From an uncultured bacterium (GTDB lineage Bacteria > JAGOEH01), in NCBI GenBank assembly GCA_964632485.1, contig CAZWDO010000006.1, positions 1 to 64,000 of the forward strand: a stretch of DNA of 64,000 nt, written 5' to 3'. The translations under genes and the position numbers were made by a program. The notes beneath the pieces are model-generated. The model made no database searches. It was not told where the DNA came from and saw nothing but the letters and a program-made list of their open reading frames with translations. This document shows positions 18,613 to 27,989 of this stretch, piece after piece. Every line of letters begins with the position of its first letter. Within the stretch, counting starts at the first letter, position 1.

Positions 18613-19328
18613 TGCGTTTTTTTTTGCTGACCGCTTTTCCGGAAATCTTCCATGGCCCTTTCTCAGAAAGTATAATCCGGCGAGCGGTTAAGCGTGGGAT
18701 TGTGGAAATAAATTATATTTATTTGCGCAGTTTTGCCGATGATCGGCATGGAACGATCGATGATGTTGAATTTGGGGGAAGTAGCGGGATGGTTTATAAG
18801 GCAGAGCCAATTTTCAAGGCGTGTGAAACTGTTAGGCGACAATTCGCCCTTGAGAAGACCCGGATCGTGATGCCGAGCGCCCGTGGGCGGCAATTCAGGC
18901 AGGAAACAGCCGCTGAATTTGCCCTTGAGTCCGATCTGATCTTTATCTGCGGCCATTATAAAGATATTGATTACCGCGTCGTAGAGCATCTCGTTACGGA
19001 CGAAATCAGTTTGGGAGATTTTGTGATTACAGGCGGGGAGTTAGCTACTGCGGTGATGATGGATGCAATTATCCGTTTGTTGCCGCAAGTTGTCGGGAAT
19101 CGCGATTCGGTTGAAAGCGATTCATTTCAAAACGGTTTATTGGATTGCCCTCGCTATACCCGCCCGGTTGAATACCGGGGATGGATGGCGCCCGAAGTTC
19201 TTTTGTCGGGGCATCATCAGGCCATTCGTGAATGGCGTCGGCAGAAATCAATGGAATTAACCCAATGCCAGCGTCCCGATCTTTGGGAAGCATGGCAGCA
19301 AAAAAATGTAAACAATCAGGAGGCATAG
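18612..19328 (+). CDS. trmD: tRNA (guanine37-N1)-methyltransferase
   Basis: LTAFPE, ICGHYKDID, EISLGDFVITGGE, YTRP and LLSGHH. Confidence 0.97.
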   Translation: MRFFLLTAFPEIFHGPFSESIIRRAVKRGIVEINYIYLRSFADDRHGTIDDVEFGGSSGMVYKAEPIFKACETVRRQFALEKTRIVMPSARGRQFRQETAAEFALESDLIFICGHYKDIDYRVVEHLVTDEISLGDFVITGGELATAVMMDAIIRLLPQVVGNRDSVESDSFQNGLLDCPRYTRPVEYRGWMAPEVLLSGHHQAIREWRRQKSMELTQCQRPDLWEAWQQKNVNNQEA

Positions 19329-19700
19329 ATGAATATCCTCGAGTTGGTCACACAGGACCAGTTAAAAGAAAATCTTCCCATATTTCATATCGGTGATACG
19401 ATAAAAGTCCATTTTGAGGTTACCGAAGGCGACAAAACACGTATCCAGATTTTTCAGGGTATTTTGATTTGTCGTAAAAATTCAGGTATTCGTGAAACAA
19501 TTACGGTCCGTAAAATTAGTTCTGGCGTAGGTGTTGAACGTATTTTTCCAATTCATTCGCCGAAAGTCAAGTTGATTGAAACAGTCCGTCATGGTCGTGT
19601 CCGTCGTTCAAAACTTTACTACTTGCGCAAATTGTCAGGTAAGGCGGCCCGTATTCGTGAAAAACGCACATTTTCAATGGAACATACTGAAGCAAAATGA
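19329..19700 (+). CDS. rplS: 50S ribosomal protein L19
   Basis: [23 protein letters not shown] and [12 protein letters not shown]. Confidence 0.98.
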   Translation: MNILELVTQDQLKENLPIFHIGDTIKVHFEVTEGDKTRIQIFQGILICRKNSGIRETITVRKISSGVGVERIFPIHSPKVKLIETVRHGRVRRSKLYYLRKLSGKAARIREKRTFSMEHTEAK

Positions 19701-19701
19701 T

Positions 19702-20304
19702 TTGAATTTTCAGTCCCCGGCGCTCGCCGGGATTGATGAGGCCGGACGCGGACCTATCGCCGGTCCGGTTGTTGCCGCAGCAGTAAGCCTGGATTACCGG
19801 GTGGATTTGCCGGGATTGGATGATTCAAAACGTTTGACTGTTAGGCAACGGGAAAGGTTGTTTCAGTTTATTATATGTAGCGCCAATGATTGGGCAATAG
19901 TTGCTGTATCATGCCGGGAAATTGATCGTATTAATATTCTGCAAGCCACGTTTAACGCAATGCGGCTGGCTTGTCATGCATTAAATGAAAAACCTTTCCT
20001 GGTTTTGATTGACGGGAATCATACGATACCTGAATTGAAATATAAACAGCAATCTATTATCAAGGGCGATACAAGTAGCGCGGCAATAGCGGCTGCTTCT
20101 GTTTTGGCAAAAGTATCGCGTGATCGAATCATGGAGAGATATCACCATATTTACCCGGGATACGGATTTGCGCAACATAAAGGCTATCCCACCCGTAGCC
20201 ATCTGGAGAGTCTGATATCTCTTGGCGCATGCCCCATTCACCGTCAAACATTTTCTCCCCTTAATAGTATGGCTCAGAAACAATTGGCCCTTTTTGAGTT
20301 ATGA
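19702..20304 (+). CDS. rnhB: Ribonuclease HII
   Basis: GIDEAGRGPIAGPV, DDSKRL, IDGN, IAAASVLAKVSRD and HKGYPT. TTG at 19702 is the inferred start. Confidence 0.96.
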   Translation: MNFQSPALAGIDEAGRGPIAGPVVAAAVSLDYRVDLPGLDDSKRLTVRQRERLFQFIICSANDWAIVAVSCREIDRINILQATFNAMRLACHALNEKPFLVLIDGNHTIPELKYKQQSIIKGDTSSAAIAAASVLAKVSRDRIMERYHHIYPGYGFAQHKGYPTRSHLESLISLGACPIHRQTFSPLNSMAQKQLALFEL

Positions 20305-20657
20305 GTTCCTATAATCAATGTGTCGGACGCTTGGGAGAGGATGCCGCCGTTGAATTCTTGATTAATCAGCAGTTCCTGATTGTTCATCGCAATTTCCGCT
20401 TCCGTCGGGGTGAGATTGATATCATCGCTATCAGAGAGACGACCACTCATTTTATTGAAGTTAAAACCCGTACCGGATTCAATTATGGTGAGGGTGAACT
20501 GGCAGTTAATTTAAGTAAGCAGAGAACTATCCGTTTAGTTGCTGAATTTTATCTCCAAAAATTCGGTCTCACTACTTTGAACTGCTGTTTCGACGTGATT
20601 GTAATTGATATTAAACAAGGGATATCACAAATTCGTTTTATTGAAAATGCATTTTAA
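20301..20657 (+). CDS. yraN: YraN (UPF0102) family protein
   Basis: GRLGEDAA, GEIDIIA, FIEVKTR, FDVI and ENAF. Confidence 0.93.
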   Translation: MSSYNQCVGRLGEDAAVEFLINQQFLIVHRNFRFRRGEIDIIAIRETTTHFIEVKTRTGFNYGEGELAVNLSKQRTIRLVAEFYLQKFGLTTLNCCFDVIVIDIKQGISQIRFIENAF

Positions 20658-20671
20658 TCGAAGGAGGACGC

Positions 20672-22027
20672 ATGTTACCGTTGTCTGAATTGCTGGTTGT
20701 GTTTGAGGATTTTTTAAAGGCAATGGGAGATGTTGTTTGGGGTTGGCCGATGATTATTCTACTACTGGGAACCCATATTTATCTGACGATTCGGTTGCGT
20801 TTCATACAGCGTTTTATATTTAAAGGAATTAAAATTTCTTTTAGTCGCGTCAATGAAGGCACTGGCGATATCAGCCAATTCGGCGCTTTAACAACTGCTC
20901 TGGCCGCAACTATCGGAACCGGCAATATTGTGGGTGTTTCGACCGCGATTGCCGCAGGCGGACCCGGCGCCGTGTTTTGGATGTGGCTTTCCGGCTTCTT
21001 TGGAATTGCCACTAAATACAGTGAAGCCTTGTTGGCTATCCATTACCGGGTGACATTGCCCAACGGGAATATGGCTGGTGGGCCTATGTACTCCTTGGAG
21101 CGTGGATTAAATGCCCGCTGGTTAGGACTGATCTTCGCTGCCTTCACCGCTATCACTGCGTTTGGTATCGGCAATATGGTTCAGGCGAATTCGATTTCGC
21201 AAATGCTCAAACAAACTATCAATTTACCTCCTTTCATATCGGGTCTCATCCTGGCGTTTATAACGGGGATTGTTATTCTGGGGGGGATTCGCTCCATTGC
21301 TAAAATTTGTGAAGTTTTAGTTCCTTTCATGGCTATCTTCTATATCTTGGGTTGTTTAATTCTAATAATCATGCACATTGAGACTATTCCGGCAACGATT
21401 GTTTTGATTTTCAAAAGCGCGTTTACCGGTTCCGCTGCATGGGGTGGAGTTATTGGCATCACCATGAGGGAAGCGATTCGCATGGGTGTTTCCAGGGGAT
21501 TGTTTTCCAATGAATCCGGATTGGGTAGTGCGCCAATTGTTGCGGCAGCAGCACAAACTCAGAATCCTGTCCGCCAGGCATTAGTTTCTTCTACCGGAAC
21601 TTTTTGGGATACGGTTGTCATTTGCGCACTTACCGGGATGGTTATTGTAAATTCCGGTGATTGGCAAAGTGGAATTGCCGGAGCGGAACTCACATACTCG
21701 GCTTTTTCCAATCTTCCGTGGTTCGGCCCGATTATTCTATCTGTCGGCTTGTTGACGTTTGTTTTTTCCACAATACTGGGATGGTCTTACTATGGCGAAA
21801 AAGCGGTCGAATACATAATTGGAACCTCCTATATCATCCCTTACCGGATTCTTTGGGTTCTTGCCGTTTTAGTCGGCGCCGTTTTATCGTTACCTATTGT
21901 CTGGTCGTTGGCTGATATCACCAATGCATTGATGGCCATTCCGAACCTGATTTCCCTGCTTTTATTAACCGGGGTGATTGTCAGTAATACTCATCGCTAT
22001 CTCTGGGATTTCCAGGCAAAAATTTGA
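20672..22027 (+). CDS. Sodium:alanine/glycine symporter (AgcS family)
   Basis: ATIGTGNIVGV, GGPGAVFWMW, GGPMY, RGLFSNESGLGSAP and MAIPNL. Confidence 0.95.
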   Translation: MLPLSELLVVFEDFLKAMGDVVWGWPMIILLLGTHIYLTIRLRFIQRFIFKGIKISFSRVNEGTGDISQFGALTTALAATIGTGNIVGVSTAIAAGGPGAVFWMWLSGFFGIATKYSEALLAIHYRVTLPNGNMAGGPMYSLERGLNARWLGLIFAAFTAITAFGIGNMVQANSISQMLKQTINLPPFISGLILAFITGIVILGGIRSIAKICEVLVPFMAIFYILGCLILIIMHIETIPATIVLIFKSAFTGSAAWGGVIGITMREAIRMGVSRGLFSNESGLGSAPIVAAAAQTQNPVRQALVSSTGTFWDTVVICALTGMVIVNSGDWQSGIAGAELTYSAFSNLPWFGPIILSVGLLTFVFSTILGWSYYGEKAVEYIIGTSYIIPYRILWVLAVLVGAVLSLPIVWSLADITNALMAIPNLISLLLLTGVIVSNTHRYLWDFQAKI

Positions 22028-22228
22028 CCATCTGCTTTTACCCGTTGCAGATAAAAAAATTTGTTTTGTAAACAAAATGCGTCACGGCATTCATGTAAAA
22101 TTTGAATTTATTAAGACTTTTCGCAAACAGCTTGAAATTCAATATCTGTGTTGTATGTCTGATGGTTTTATTCTCTTAATTTAAGGCCGGGTCTTTCGAT
22201 GTTTTTTCAGAAAAGGATTTGGGCGTGA

Positions 22229-25200
22229 ATGTATAAATTTTTTAATATGATATCAAGGGTAAATATTGACGTTTTTACTATTATATTGAAAAAATGGCGG
22301 GATAACATATCCTCTTTTTTTTTGCAGGATGTTTCGCGCATTTTAATTATATTCTTTTTATATTTTCTTTTATTAACTAATTACGATATTTATGCCCTGG
22401 ATCCACATAAGGAACTAACCCAATACTCATTGAGAGTATGGAATCAAAATCTGGGACTACCTCAGAATACGGTACATGATATCATCCAAACTTATGATAA
22501 ATATATTTGGGTGGCAACGTATGAGGGACTGGCGCGTTTTGACGGTGTCAATTTTACTGTATTTGACAGTCGCAATACATCGGCAATACGGGTGAATGGG
22601 ATTTGGTCCCTGATGGAAAGCCGCGATTCAACCTTATGGATCGGTACCAACGGGAGCGGGATTGTCTGTTACAAAAATAATCAGTGGGTGCCGATAACCG
22701 CTGAGAAAGATGGTTTGAGCAACAACATCGTTTTAAAGATTTTGGAGGATAGCCGTGGGTATGTCTGGGCAGGAACCCGTGATGGACTGAACCTGATTAA
22801 ACCCGATACAATAATCCGCTACGGAATTGAAAATGGATTGACGGATCCTCAGGTGAATACCTTGATGGAAGACAGACAGGGACGATTATGGATTGGAACC
22901 AGTCGGGGAGTAGCTATATGGGATAATGGATCAATCACTCATTTTACTATTCCATCAGTTCTTGGGTCTGATTTAATATTAAGTTTTGCACAGCTTTCCG
23001 ATCAGTCTATTTGGATTGGAACTGAGAAAAAGCTGATTCATTGGGATTCAACTGGATATCGGCTTTATACGGAAAAAAATGGATTGCGGGATATGAATAT
23101 TGCCGCGCTATATGAAGACTCCCACCAACAACTTTGGGTTTCAACACATCGAGGGTTACACCGATTGGACACAACCAATTTCCAGGTATTATCACAAGAA
23201 GAAGGTTTGATGGATGATGTGGTGAATCCACTTTGTGAAGACCATGAAGGAAATTTGTGGATCGGTAGTTTAAGAGGGGGCTTAGGTTGTCTTTCGGATG
23301 GCAAATTCTGGATTTATGACCACAATCAGGGATTTCAAAGTGATATAGTCAATTCACTTTTGCATGATAAAAATGGGGGGTTGTGGCTCGGCTTGGGAAA
23401 TCATGGCCTGTCGTATTATTTTCAGGGAGGAATTAAGCGCTATTCGGATTTGGAAATTTTTCAAAATGATTATATACGCTCTTTATATGTCGATCATAAG
23501 GATTGGTTATGGGCGGGAACCTTTAGCCATGGAATTATTTGCCTTAATAAAGACCGCTATCGATTCTATAATTCATCCTGTGGGTTGCCTAATGATAATA
23601 TAAAATCGATTACAGAACGTGTACCGGGTGAATATTGGGTGGCTACCCGCAATGGTTTATGCCGGATTGTGGAGGATTCAATACGTATTTTTTTGAGAGA
23701 AGATGGTTTGCCGGTCAATTCCATTCTTAAGGTTTTTACGACTCGAAATCAATGCTTGTGGATCGGGACCGATGGTGGCGGCGCTTTATGCTATGATAAA
23801 AATAAATTTAAGTGCTTTTCAGTGGCTGATGGTTTATCGAGTGATATCGTTTTTTCCTTTTATGAAGATCCTGAGGGGCGGTTATGGATTGGAACCAATA
23901 ACGGCCTGAACTATTTTTACAAAGGAAACATTGTTCCAATTACAGTCCGCAGTGGGCTCTACTCTAACCAGATTTTTTCCATCACAATGGATACATTGTA
24001 CGAAAATTTCTGGTTTTCGTGTAGTAAAGGGATTTTTACAATTCCCCGGTCAATGTTGATGGATTTTGTAATGGGTATTCGTCAACAGATATCCAGTCGA
24101 TTTTTTAACAAATTGGACGGGATGAAATCAGAAGAGTGTATCGGCGCGATGGACCCGGTTGTCAGCCAGAGTTCAGATGGCCGGTTGTGGTATGCGACTA
24201 CTCAGGGAATAGCAGTTATCGATCCACTCAATATACCTATTAATCACACTCCGCCGATTGTGTATATAGCGGAGATACGCGTTCAGGACCAGGTATTGCC
24301 GTTATCCGATACTGTCATACTTCAATTAATGGAAAAGGAATTGCAAATTTCCTATAGCGCATTGAGCTATAGTGTCCCGGAAGGAGTGCGGTGCAGTTTT
24401 CGTCTTAAGGGCTTCAATGAGGATTGGCAGCATGTACAGCAACGTCGGATCGCGTACTATACGAATCTGCCTCCGGGTACATATCTTTTTCAGGTAATGG
24501 CTGAAAACTATGACGGTATTGCAAGCCCCGAACCCGCTCAGCTTCTTCTGATCGTCAAACCCCCATTTTGGCGAACGTATTGGGCATATATAATTTATTC
24601 AATATTTTTGATTTTTATTGTTCTTTTAATTTTTTATTATCAATTAGAACATGAGAAGAAACGGGTTTTAAGAGGCAGGCATCTGCAGGAAATGAAGCTC
24701 GCCCGTGAGTTGCAACTCTCAATGCTGCCGAGCGAAATCCCCCTTTTTCATCATCATGCATTATTTCCATATATGGAGTCTGCCTCGGAAGTCGCTGGCG
24801 ATTATTATGATTTTTTTGTTCTGAACGATCAACGATTGGTACTCGTCGTCGGGGATGTCACCGGCCACGGGTTGGCCAGTGGATTTGTAACCGCTCAAGC
24901 GAAATCACTTTTATGGAGCTTGATGAGCCTGTTGGATAAAGTTAATCCTACATTTGTTCTGCAACATATTAATCAGGTTTTTATCAAAACCCATCACAAA
25001 TACGCGATTTGCATGACAATTGCGATTTATGATTTTTCAATACATGAACTCAAAATTGCTAATTCCGGATTACCCTATCCCTATCTCTATCGTTCACAAT
25101 CGGATACAGTTTCCAGTCTTGAAATCGGGGGGGTTCCTTTAGGTTTTCTGGAAGAGTGGAAATATGAAATGGAGTCCATATACTTAGAACCTGGTGATTT

Positions 25201-25408
25201 TATCTTGTTTTGTACCGATGGGATGCCGGAAATGACAAATGATTCCCGGGAACAATTTGGATATGGTCGGCTTTATAATTTTATTGTTAAGCATCGTCAT
25301 AAAGATCCCCAGGATATCCTGATTGCTCTTCGGAATGAATTGTCAGAGTTTACTTCCGCCCAACCACGCGATGATATCACCTTGCTTGTTTTTAAACGAT
25401 TTCAGTAA
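22229..25408 (+). CDS. Membrane sensor: Reg_prop beta-propellers + Y_Y_Y + TM + PP2C/SpoIIE phosphatase
   Basis: Repeated D..G.LWIGT..GL; YYTNLPPGTYLF; PPFWRT followed by TM; AGDYYD, GDVTGHG, TDG and DDIT. Exact start uncertain. Confidence 0.93.
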   Translation: MYKFFNMISRVNIDVFTIILKKWRDNISSFFLQDVSRILIIFFLYFLLLTNYDIYALDPHKELTQYSLRVWNQNLGLPQNTVHDIIQTYDKYIWVATYEGLARFDGVNFTVFDSRNTSAIRVNGIWSLMESRDSTLWIGTNGSGIVCYKNNQWVPITAEKDGLSNNIVLKILEDSRGYVWAGTRDGLNLIKPDTIIRYGIENGLTDPQVNTLMEDRQGRLWIGTSRGVAIWDNGSITHFTIPSVLGSDLILSFAQLSDQSIWIGTEKKLIHWDSTGYRLYTEKNGLRDMNIAALYEDSHQQLWVSTHRGLHRLDTTNFQVLSQEEGLMDDVVNPLCEDHEGNLWIGSLRGGLGCLSDGKFWIYDHNQGFQSDIVNSLLHDKNGGLWLGLGNHGLSYYFQGGIKRYSDLEIFQNDYIRSLYVDHKDWLWAGTFSHGIICLNKDRYRFYNSSCGLPNDNIKSITERVPGEYWVATRNGLCRIVEDSIRIFLREDGLPVNSILKVFTTRNQCLWIGTDGGGALCYDKNKFKCFSVADGLSSDIVFSFYEDPEGRLWIGTNNGLNYFYKGNIVPITVRSGLYSNQIFSITMDTLYENFWFSCSKGIFTIPRSMLMDFVMGIRQQISSRFFNKLDGMKSEECIGAMDPVVSQSSDGRLWYATTQGIAVIDPLNIPINHTPPIVYIAEIRVQDQVLPLSDTVILQLMEKELQISYSALSYSVPEGVRCSFRLKGFNEDWQHVQQRRIAYYTNLPPGTYLFQVMAENYDGIASPEPAQLLLIVKPPFWRTYWAYIIYSIFLIFIVLLIFYYQLEHEKKRVLRGRHLQEMKLARELQLSMLPSEIPLFHHHALFPYMESASEVAGDYYDFFVLNDQRLVLVVGDVTGHGLASGFVTAQAKSLLWSLMSLLDKVNPTFVLQHINQVFIKTHHKYAICMTIAIYDFSIHELKIANSGLPYPYLYRSQSDTVSSLEIGGVPLGFLEEWKYEMESIYLEPGDFILFCTDGMPEMTNDSREQFGYGRLYNFIVKHRHKDPQDILIALRNELSEFTSAQPRDDITLLVFKRFQ

Positions 25409-25420
25409 TAAGCTCTATTG

Positions 25421-25456
25421 AAGAAAACCCGGCTAATTCGACATATTAACCGGGTT
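25421..25456 (-). terminator. Terminator hairpin between the convergent PP2C and STAS genes
   Basis: Minus-strand AACCCGGTTAAT...ATTAGCCGGGTT followed by TTCTT. Confidence 0.6.
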
Positions 25457-25553
25457 GGTAAAAAAAGTTCGGCTCAGGATTTAAGCTGATGACTAACACA
25501 AATATTTTATAAGTTCCGATATCATCATGTTTATCGGATAATGAGATTAATTA

Positions 25554-25889
25554 CTAAAAAATTTTTTTTGCTTCATTAAAAGAATCGAAGATCGGAATAA
25601 TTGTGTCGAGTTGGGTAATTTGAAAAATCTTTCGAATATGCGGCAATACGTTTATTAAACAAAGATATCCGCCATATCCGGTAAAGCTTCGTTGGATGTT
25701 CAAAATAGTGCCGATTCCGATACTTCCGATATAATTTACTTCGGAAAAATCAATAATGCATTTTTTGTATTGAGTTTTCGTTAATAGTTCGGAAAACTCA
25801 TTCGCTAAATATTCCCTTCCTTCGACATCAATATCACCGATCAACCCTAAAATCAGAATATTGTCCTCAATTTTGGTGCTAATAACCAA
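25554..25889 (-). CDS. STAS domain anti-sigma factor antagonist
   Basis: GDID, IIDFSEVNYIGSIGIG and KIFQITQL; 111 aa. Confidence 0.9.
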   Translation of the reverse strand: MVISTKIEDNILILGLIGDIDVEGREYLANEFSELLTKTQYKKCIIDFSEVNYIGSIGIGTILNIQRSFTGYGGYLCLINVLPHIRKIFQITQLDTIIPIFDSFNEAKKIF

Positions 25890-25935
25890 ACTTTCGCTCC
25901 TCGCTAAATTTTTTATCTAACTCAACAACCAGTAA

Positions 25936-26697
25936 TCATGGATGATCGATATCTGATAATTGTTTAATTTCCTTTTGAGCCTTTTTTATTAAGGGGCTAT
26001 TGGGAAATTGCTGTATCAGTCGTTCGAACATTAATTCTGCTTCTTCTTTTTGGTTCAGTTTAAGATAAACCAGGCCTAAAATATAAAAACTATCATCGGT
26101 CCAATTACTTTGAAAATAATCGACAATTACAGTTTTAAGATATATTTCAGCGGCTTTGTACTGATCAATTTTATAATACAGTAAACCGTTTTTATATTCT
26201 TTTTCCGCCAATTTGTTATTGAGTTTTTCGATATGATTACGGGCTGTATCGGCGTAAGTGCTGTTTGGAAAGTCAATGATGAGCTCATTATAGGAGCTAA
26301 TGGCCTTTATGGTATTTTCTGGGTCAAGTTCCGCTTTGTTTGACATTTTTTCATAGCACATGGCGGAAAAAAAAGCCGAAGGAATCGCCAAAACATGGTT
26401 AGGATAATCACGGCTGACTAATTGATAATTGACCAGAGCTTCGGGGTAATCTTGATTTAATCGTCGCGCTTCTGCCAATCGGTAAATTACTTCAACATAA
26501 TATTCCGTGCCGGAAAATTCATAGCGCACTCGTTCTAATTCAGTAATAGCTTGCAGGTATTTTTTTTTAATAATCAGTTCCTTACACGCAGCAAAACGGT
26601 CCTGGGCGGACATATCACGAGTAATTTTAACCTTAGACGCACAGTTCAACATTAAAAAAAATATAATTAGGGTTATGATCCACCCTGTTTTTTGCAT
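25936..26697 (-). CDS. bamD: Outer membrane protein assembly lipoprotein BamD
   Basis: Lipobox LMLNC; TPR repeats; ELDPENTIKAI, FPNS and KLAEKEY. ATG at 26697 follows AAAGGA. Confidence 0.9.
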   Translation of the reverse strand: MQKTGWIITLIIFFLMLNCASKVKITRDMSAQDRFAACKELIIKKKYLQAITELERVRYEFSGTEYYVEVIYRLAEARRLNQDYPEALVNYQLVSRDYPNHVLAIPSAFFSAMCYEKMSNKAELDPENTIKAISSYNELIIDFPNSTYADTARNHIEKLNNKLAEKEYKNGLLYYKIDQYKAAEIYLKTVIVDYFQSNWTDDSFYILGLVYLKLNQKEEAELMFERLIQQFPNSPLIKKAQKEIKQLSDIDHP

Positions 26698-26746
26698 GGG
26701 GAGTCCTTTCATAACAATAGTGCCGAATGATTCCGGGTCGTTGGGG

Positions 26747-27673
26747 TTATTTTGCTCCTGCGGTATTGGCAAATTGAAAATCCACTAATTTTTCAACGTC
26801 AATTTTGGATTTCATGATATGCATCTTGTCAGTCATATAGTTTTGAATTTTATCCAAATCTTCAAGAACTGGTAGCAATTCATCGGTTCGAATCCGATCT
26901 GCCGGTTGAGTTAGCACGCGTTCAACCACTTCTACTTTTTGTTTTAGAAACTGAGCACCGATTTGAGCAGCGCCTTTTGGATTGTCGCCAATAAACTGGC
27001 CTGATTTTACTAAACTTTGCATGAGCTCATGAACGGCATCACCTTTTTTGGCAATTGTATCTTCACGCATGATGAACACACAACAGGGATGATTGTTCCA
27101 AAGATCTTTGGAGAGGGCAAATTCTTCTCCAAGACCTTCATTAATAACCTGGGAACCGAAGGGTTCCGCTACGATAAACCCACCAATTTCACCTTCTTCA
27201 TCATATTGGATCGCTTCAGGAATCTGAGCCGGCGCAAAAACTTCCAGCTTGACATCGCCTTCAAATCCCGCAGTAATTCCTTGTTTCGCCAGCATTTGGT
27301 GGAGCAACATGTGGTGTATGGAGAGTTGATAAGGAATAATGATCGTTTTACCGATGAAGTCTTCCAATTTTTTTATGTTGGCGGATTTATTTTTTATAAT
27401 AACACTACCATTTTTATGTCCCAATAAAACCAGCTTGATTTTTTGACCCGATTTGAAAAGGTCAATGGCCATAGGCGCTAAAATAAACGCGCCATCCACG
27501 CTGCCATCGCAGATCGCTTGATCAACTTCATTCCAGCCGAATTTACATACTGTTTCTAATTCGCCATATTGAAATTTTTCAATTCCGTTTTGTAATTTTG
27601 CTTTGGTGATACCTAAAATCAGATGGTCTGTAATACCGATATGCGCGATACGAAGGGTTGATTTCTCTGCCAT
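26747..27673 (-). CDS. NrtA/CmpA-like binding-fold protein lacking a signal peptide
   Basis: LRIAHIGITDH, GAFILAP, HKNGS, PYQLSIHH, IVAEPF and WNNHPCC. The N-terminus MAEKSTLRI has no hydrophobic leader. Confidence 0.85.
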   Translation of the reverse strand: MAEKSTLRIAHIGITDHLILGITKAKLQNGIEKFQYGELETVCKFGWNEVDQAICDGSVDGAFILAPMAIDLFKSGQKIKLVLLGHKNGSVIIKNKSANIKKLEDFIGKTIIIPYQLSIHHMLLHQMLAKQGITAGFEGDVKLEVFAPAQIPEAIQYDEEGEIGGFIVAEPFGSQVINEGLGEEFALSKDLWNNHPCCVFIMREDTIAKKGDAVHELMQSLVKSGQFIGDNPKGAAQIGAQFLKQKVEVVERVLTQPADRIRTDELLPVLEDLDKIQNYMTDKMHIMKSKIDVEKLVDFQFANTAGAK

Positions 27674-27801
27674 TTTATCCACCTTTCATGGGTTTTATCG
27701 ATTGAGTTGTCGCAATATTTATTCATTACTATACTGAATGTAGAAAAAAAAACACAAAAAGTCAAGACAAAATTTATTTAAAAAGAAAATCATTTTTTTA
27801 C

Positions 27802-27830
27802 TTGACATTTTATCGCTTTAAAGTTATTGT
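27802..27830 (+). promoter_or_regulatory. Sigma-70-type promoter of the ABC operon
   Basis: TTGACA-N17-TATTGT. Confidence 0.65.
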
Positions 27831-27989
27831 TAAAGTCCACGGTTTGTTACCCTGATCTTTAAAGAAAAAGGGTATGACGGGGACAAGGCTGTCTCTGGGC
27901 CGGTAAAATGGAATTGAAATGAAGAAGCCGGTGATAGCCTGGCGTTTCTTCTTTAATGGTAAATTTATGAACAGAAATAACTTGGAAAT

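Noticed and set aside
20657-20672. Glycine riboswitch upstream of the alanine/glycine symporter
   Set aside because: Only 14 nt separate yraN from the gene.
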